This document shows positions 58,875 to 64,000 of a stretch of 64,000 nucleotides of DNA, one piece after another; within the stretch, counting starts at the first letter, position 1; every line of letters begins with the position of its first letter. A program made the translations under genes and the position numbers. The stretch lies in NCBI GenBank assembly GCA_032372955.1, contig GCA_032372955.1_4725.1. One strand, written 5' to 3'. Origin of the DNA: Escherichia coli. GTDB lineage: Bacteria > Pseudomonadota > Gammaproteobacteria > Enterobacterales > Enterobacteriaceae. Below the pieces are notes generated by a model. The model was not told where the DNA came from. It did no database searches and worked only from the letters and a program-made list of their open reading frames with translations.

Positions 58875-60014
58875 CCCAAGAGATTGGTATTTATAGGTAT
58901 CCAACACAACCGCATGATTGCTGCTGAAGGTTACGATGTACAGCCGTGGCGTACGGGTGGTGAGACTGTTATCGCGCATCGTGTTGGTAAGCTCTTCGCA
59001 GCAGCTGCCCAAGGCGATGGTGTTGTGAAGAAGGTCACTAAAACTGCGCTGACGATACAGTACGACGACCCAGAGTTAGGGGAAGAGGTTTTCCAGCTCG
59101 GTACGATAATCGGGAAAGGACCAGGTAAGTATTATCCTCACGATCTCATTACCGATTATAAAGTCGGGGATCGCGTTAAGGATCAGGATGTGGTGGTTTT
59201 CCACCGCCTTTATTTTAAACGCGATTGGTGGAACCCAGGTCAGGTTGTTTGGCGCGCAGGTGTTCTGTCTCTTGTCGGTATTCTGGATATTCCAGAGACC
59301 CACGAGGACAGCTCGTATATCTTCGACAATCTTGCTGATCGTCTCGTAACACCATCGATTAAGAGTCGTACGCTTATCGTTGACGCTCATCTCAACATTC
59401 GTGGTCTCGTGAAAATCGGTGATCATGTTGAACCGCGAACGATTCTTGCAACACTGGAAGAACCGATTGCAACCGATCTGAGTGATGAGAGTCAGGAAGC
59501 CGTTGAAGCATTACGTCGTATGAGTCAGTATAACCCACGTGCTGATGTTCATGGTGAAGTTGTACAGATCGATGTACTGTACCGCGCTCAGATTGAAGAC
59601 ATGAGTGAAACCATGGCAGCGCTCGTCGGTGAGGCAGATAAAGCACGAGCTAAACGCGTCAAGGAACTGAAACTCAACGAAGCAACAACGGGGCGTATCA
59701 ATAACAGTAACGTGAGAATAGACGGTAATCCGTTAGGCGAGAACCAGATCGCCATCCGTATTTTCATGCGTTACGACCTTGGTGCGGGGATGGGTGATAA
59801 AGGTACCTTCGCAGCTCAAGCGAAATCCGTTGTCTCTTCCGTGGGTCATGGTGTGAACAAAACCGAAGACGGGCACACCCTTGATGCTATCTTCAGTGGC
59901 ACCAGTATCGCTAACCGTATCATCGGTTCACCGGAAGTGGTTGGGACTGTGAATCTTGGTCTCCTCTACGCAACGGAACGAGCTGTTGATATTTACTTTA
60001 ACGACGCTAAATAA
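58875..60014 (+). CDS. RNA polymerase beta-like subunit, exon 2 (5' boundary approximate)
   Basis: open frame extends upstream of the track start (TTG at 58884) to 58863; IGIQHNRMIAAEGYDV parallels E. coli beta IHYLSAIEEGNYV directly after the TDG motif. Confidence 0.55.
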   Translation, partial: PKRLVFIGIQHNRMIAAEGYDVQPWRTGGETVIAHRVGKLFAAAAQGDGVVKKVTKTALTIQYDDPELGEEVFQLGTIIGKGPGKYYPHDLITDYKVGDRVKDQDVVVFHRLYFKRDWWNPGQVVWRAGVLSLVGILDIPETHEDSSYIFDNLADRLVTPSIKSRTLIVDAHLNIRGLVKIGDHVEPRTILATLEEPIATDLSDESQEAVEALRRMSQYNPRADVHGEVVQIDVLYRAQIEDMSETMAALVGEADKARAKRVKELKLNEATTGRINNSNVRIDGNPLGENQIAIRIFMRYDLGAGMGDKGTFAAQAKSVVSSVGHGVNKTEDGHTLDAIFSGTSIANRIIGSPEVVGTVNLGLLYATERAVDIYFNDAK

Positions 60015-60048
60015 GAGCAGGGGGCGTCATGCCCCTGCTCATTTATTT
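60015..60048 (+). terminator. intrinsic terminator GAGCAGGGGC/GCCCCTGCTC plus T-rich tail
   Basis: 10-bp perfect stem, then ATTTATTTCG. Confidence 0.6.
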
Positions 60049-60115
60049 CGCTGAACGCAATACCTTCTTGACATGCGTCAAGAATGCGATGCTTTGACAT
60101 TAAAAGGAAAAGTGA

Positions 60116-60349
60116 ATGAACCAAGAACAACTTAACACGGCTCGGGCAGCGAGCTTTGTTGCGCTGACGAACGCGGTAACGTTGGTTGCTGAGGTCGTAC
60201 GTCAAACCGTTGGTAATGATGCCGCCGATCCTGACGTGAACAAAAAGGTTATGCCGTTGGGATTGGAAGATGCGGTTGCTGCGCGCTTAAACAGCCGTCT
60301 GGAAACCAAAGAACCCGTAGGTAGTAATGCGTTGGAGGGAGCGCAGTAA
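60116..60349 (+). CDS. hypothetical small protein
   Basis: 77-aa ORF; AAAGGAAAAG RBS; stop overlaps next start (TAATG). Confidence 0.45.
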   Translation: MNQEQLNTARAASFVALTNAVTLVAEVVRQTVGNDAADPDVNKKVMPLGLEDAVAARLNSRLETKEPVGSNALEGAQ

Positions 60350-61872
60350 TGATCACCAATAAAACCGTCTATGCTGTTGAGCCCATTGTCGAAGGGTTTA
60401 TCAAACGTAATCAAATCGTCGCAGCCATTCCGGGCACGCCGTTAGCCGCGGTTTGTGAAACCATGCATTGGAACCAGCCACCGGAAGACGCGGATGCGTT
60501 GGTGCAGCTTAGTGCCGAACGTATGGTTGTTGCTGAAACACTTGATGAAACCGAAGATGGCGCTGTAGCACCTGCCAGCGAACGCGAGGTTTATATCCAC
60601 GATGAAGTTTTACAGACCGCAGTTCAAGACGTGGTGGAAAAAGTGGTGTATGCCAAAGAGTTGGCGCGTAACACCATCCTGCCGAAATGCCGTGCGCTGT
60701 ACCCGGAACTGGAAAAACGTATCGATTCGATCATCCTGGCACCGAAACTGATCCCGACAGTAAGTCTGAGTTACTACCCTGAGTTTTATAACTCCGAAGA
60801 GTACCAGGCGTTAGTTAGTGATTACGATCTCAATGGCTTGATTTCGATTAATAACGATTTCACCCCAACCGGAAAGCTTGCGTTTATCACCGGCGATAAG
60901 CTGCGTACGTTACTGTATACCGGTAATGAAAACCTGGATCGTTTTGTACAGCAAGCAACGGAAGGGATGAGCGATCAGGCACTGGAAGACATCTACAACT
61001 ATTTCTTCCGTGGTTCCGCTCCTTCTTCGAACAACACCGCTTATCTGATTACGTATCCGGATAGCGATAACGTTGCATTCCACGGTTCCAGCGCTGCGGC
61101 AACTCCTGCATTCCTCTGCTATATGTGGGCCGTTAACCTGCTGGAAGATATCCAGGACGGCAACGACATGATGCTTGAAAACTACCGCGCTAAAATGCAG
61201 CAAGCTCGTGCTGCGGCGATCAACGGGATGGCACGCGTCGGTCGTGATCGTATTCTGCGTATGGAGCGTGGTGAACTGATTCTTTCTGCGCCGTCAGCTT
61301 CTCAGATTCAACGTGCTGAAGACGCGTCAACGATGACGATTTTCGTTAACGCGGATGTCTACATGGGTTATCTGCAAGAAGGTGGTTCACCGGAAGCGTT
61401 AACCGCAGCCGTCCTGTTAGAACGCGAACTCATCAGTAAAGATGAACTGTTGGCTAACGGTGCAGGCTTCATGCAGCATTATCGTAACTACATCAACATG
61501 AAAGCCAGCCAGCAAGCCGCAAACCGCTTACGTGCATACGCGTTGGCATTGCAGGGCGTATTTGCTGACCTTATTACGGCGGACCTCGATGAAGATACCC
61601 GTAAGAAGGTTATGGAAATCGTACGTGGTGAAGTTGCTATCCTTACCGATACCGATGTAGCTAACTTCCAGCAGTATTTCCGTACACTGTACGTGAAAAC
61701 GATGCATCATGAAGACGCTCAAGGCGTTAACCGTCTCATCGATGAGATCGATTTGATTATGCGTGAACGTCCTGAACTCACGGTATTCGAAGCAGCAACC
61801 ATCGCAACGATGCATCTGACCACCGATTACGTGGCCCAGCAGCTTTACGTTATCCAGATTAGCGAGGTGTAA
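60349..61872 (+). CDS. hypothetical protein
   Basis: 507-aa ORF; GGAGGGAG RBS. Confidence 0.5.
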   Translation: MITNKTVYAVEPIVEGFIKRNQIVAAIPGTPLAAVCETMHWNQPPEDADALVQLSAERMVVAETLDETEDGAVAPASEREVYIHDEVLQTAVQDVVEKVVYAKELARNTILPKCRALYPELEKRIDSIILAPKLIPTVSLSYYPEFYNSEEYQALVSDYDLNGLISINNDFTPTGKLAFITGDKLRTLLYTGNENLDRFVQQATEGMSDQALEDIYNYFFRGSAPSSNNTAYLITYPDSDNVAFHGSSAAATPAFLCYMWAVNLLEDIQDGNDMMLENYRAKMQQARAAAINGMARVGRDRILRMERGELILSAPSASQIQRAEDASTMTIFVNADVYMGYLQEGGSPEALTAAVLLERELISKDELLANGAGFMQHYRNYINMKASQQAANRLRAYALALQGVFADLITADLDEDTRKKVMEIVRGEVAILTDTDVANFQQYFRTLYVKTMHHEDAQGVNRLIDEIDLIMRERPELTVFEAATIATMHLTTDYVAQQLYVIQISEV

Positions 61873-62583
61873 ATGGCGCTTGTCCGCAACGGTGCTGCGG
61901 TGCTTGCGGACTGGGACATACAAGAAGATAAATCTGTTGTTACTCGTGGCGGGTGTTCGATTCTGACGCCCGTCCGTTACGAGGGATTGGGTTTATCTAT
62001 CATCGGGAGTGAGAACCGGGTTTGTGCGTGCTGCCCGATTATTCTTCCTGATGGACAGTATGGTGTCAGCCACGCATTGACCCAGCTCCATATCGACCCA
62101 TCTGACATCCGTGAGATTACCATGGATGGTCAGCCGTTTTATGAATTTGTGTTTCTTCCCGGCGACACGGTGTTGGTGTCAACCGATGTCGTGATGCGAA
62201 ACTCTTTCCCGTGGCTGATGTATAACGAGATCTATACGCTCGGTAAAGTGCCATGGTGGTATACCGAAAAAGAAAAATATCAATTGCTGTACACGTCAGC
62301 GAAATTGGCGGGCGTTAAATTGAATGCGGATAGCAGCATCTATTCTGTTCTGGCGTCTATCACCACACGTGACCCCAACGATCGTCGTCGGGCGTGGCGT
62401 CTGCTTTCGGATGAAGAACGCAGCACCTTAAAAGCCATCGACATCGGATTACGAAACATTATCGATAGTGGTACAAACACCATCACCAACTTAATGGGTG
62501 GTTACGTGAATAACGCAATCGATAGTAGTTTGGTTTATCCTGCGGATACGATCAGCGAAACAGAAGCGATTCTGAGGGGGTGA
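61873..62583 (+). CDS. hypothetical protein
   Basis: 236-aa ORF; GAGGTG RBS; abuts previous stop. Confidence 0.5.
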   Translation: MALVRNGAAVLADWDIQEDKSVVTRGGCSILTPVRYEGLGLSIIGSENRVCACCPIILPDGQYGVSHALTQLHIDPSDIREITMDGQPFYEFVFLPGDTVLVSTDVVMRNSFPWLMYNEIYTLGKVPWWYTEKEKYQLLYTSAKLAGVKLNADSSIYSVLASITTRDPNDRRRAWRLLSDEERSTLKAIDIGLRNIIDSGTNTITNLMGGYVNNAIDSSLVYPADTISETEAILRG

Positions 62584-62584
62584 T

Positions 62585-63316
62585 ATGTTATCGTCTATCG
62601 AGACTATTGTCCCAAGAGCGATTATGGAACGTTGTGCGTGGGTGCCGAGTAAAACGCTTCCTTTCGGTTTATTGCATATTAGCACCGATACCGAACTGAA
62701 AACGATGATGCCGCGTATCCCTCAACGTACCTTGCGTATGGAAGACGGGTCGTTTCCAAGGATCTGTGTATCCAGCAGTTTGATGGGTTGTATATACGGT
62801 TACAGTACCGCAATCAAGCAGTACTATTCTGGTGGTCACTTAGCCCATTGGTTAGGCGGGTACGTTATTTATCGTGTTCCGTTTGATATCGCCTTACGTC
62901 CGCATCGTACGTTGTTATCCGATGTTGATATTAGCGACGAACATTGGTTATTTCACGATCCACGCTATCCAAACGGGTATCAAACCGAGCGTATCGGAGA
63001 ATGTTTTATCGCGGCTGTTCCCAAAGGGAAGATTACAGATAGCGATGGGAAGGAAAACTCCGTTACGACAGAATGCCCGGTGTTTTATATCCATGCGGAG
63101 GTTGATAACGTTCCGCTATGGTTGCGTCAAGGTGAGTTTCTGGTGGTAAAGAAAGGTTATTACCGGATGCAAATTAACCATTACGATCATCGCTTAGGTG
63201 TGATGGATTTCTCTAATGTGTCTGTTTCACGGATAACGTTAGAGAAATACCTAGCTGCCAAAGACGACGCGTTGGTACTATTGGGACATCAGTGCGCTGG
63301 ATCGTATGAATGGTGA
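62585..63316 (+). CDS. hypothetical protein
   Basis: 243-aa ORF; GAGGGGG RBS. Confidence 0.5.
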   Translation: MLSSIETIVPRAIMERCAWVPSKTLPFGLLHISTDTELKTMMPRIPQRTLRMEDGSFPRICVSSSLMGCIYGYSTAIKQYYSGGHLAHWLGGYVIYRVPFDIALRPHRTLLSDVDISDEHWLFHDPRYPNGYQTERIGECFIAAVPKGKITDSDGKENSVTTECPVFYIHAEVDNVPLWLRQGEFLVVKKGYYRMQINHYDHRLGVMDFSNVSVSRITLEKYLAAKDDALVLLGHQCAGSYEW

Positions 63317-63396
63317 TATAACGCTTACGCGTCACCTTCTTGACGTAAAAGCGGGAATGTAACGCTTTTTTTCATTCAGTTGCTTATAAAGGGGTT

Positions 63397-64000
63397 ATGA
63401 TGCAACCACCAATTAGTAATCTTGTTTGCACCAGTTATCTTGGTGTGAATAAGAAAGGTATTATCCGTCCTAATGCTGACGGTGCCTACACCTGTGTTAT
63501 AGGCGGATTTAACTGTTTTAACAATACCGAAGAATATTACGAACTTGAGCGTTCGAAACCGCTGTTCCTGGAAAACAGTTTATTGCAAACAAACGCACGC
63601 AATCGTTCGTTGAAAGGGGAATACGGTCACCCTAAACCAGAGATCGGTCAGGATGCAACCAGCTTTTTGCAGCGAGCATTACGAATCGAAGAAACGAAGG
63701 TAAGCCATTGTTTTTCTAAGATTTGGTTAGAAGAAGCTGGACGTGATCGTCGCGGTCGTCCTGTCGTGATGGTGATGGGGGATGTTATTCCTTGCGGACC
63801 GTACGGTGATCCATTACGTAAAGATTTTGAAACGCCGCTGGTGAACGTGTGTTTTTCTGTTCGCGCGTTAACCGATCCTCAGATCTGGCAACGTGAGCGC
63901 CGTCGTGTTATGACCCGCGTCATGACTTACGATTACGTTAACTTGCCGGGGATCGAGTTTGCAACCAAATACGACTCTCCGACGATGGAAGGGTTCCAGA
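63397..64000 (+). CDS. hypothetical protein, 3'-truncated by window end
   Basis: ATG 63397 with AAAGGGG RBS; frame open to the last base. Confidence 0.45.
   Translation, partial: MMQPPISNLVCTSYLGVNKKGIIRPNADGAYTCVIGGFNCFNNTEEYYELERSKPLFLENSLLQTNARNRSLKGEYGHPKPEIGQDATSFLQRALRIEETKVSHCFSKIWLEEAGRDRRGRPVVMVMGDVIPCGPYGDPLRKDFETPLVNVCFSVRALTDPQIWQRERRRVMTRVMTYDYVNLPGIEFATKYDSPTMEGFQ

Noticed and set aside
60066-60098. Two TTGACA hexamers and a CTTGACATGCGTCAAG palindrome considered as a sigma70 promoter
   Set aside because: No acceptable -10 hexamer at 16-18 bp from either TTGACA; kept only as a weak operator-like palindrome.

Overview
This 64 kb window reads as a compact, almost fully coding stretch of a large virulent tailed phage. 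My inference from gene content is that it is a phiKZ-like jumbo phage of an enterobacterial-type host; that is not confirmed by any search. From start to end it contains: (1) a late/structural block on the + strand (1..15260) with two long tail-fibre genes carrying a repeated NPHxVTKAQVGLGNVxNY unit, a GH108-type endolysin and a four-member paralog family; (2) an ~840 bp non-coding AT-rich hub (15261..16097) followed by a run of small early-type genes; (3) a DNA-metabolism set: SbcC/Rad50-like ATPase, RuvC-like resolvase, thymidylate kinase, RNase HI-domain protein and a UvsX/RecA-like recombinase; (4) a 2221-aa minus-strand protein with an embedded lysozyme domain; (5) immediately next to it, split multisubunit RNA polymerase genes (beta-prime-like N-terminal part, then beta-like N-terminal part). 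The most notable result is that both RNAP genes appear to be interrupted by ORF-less group I introns (about 54521..55002 and 58336..58874). The first sits inside the catalytic DFDGD motif, which is only restored in the spliced reading. A 25-nt promoter-like element centred on CTATATTAC occurs three times upstream of + strand gene blocks. No tRNA, rRNA, CRISPR array, integrase or transposase was recognised. All functional calls come from motif-level reading of the translated ORFs; no database search or RNA-folding computation was run, and splice junctions are predictions.
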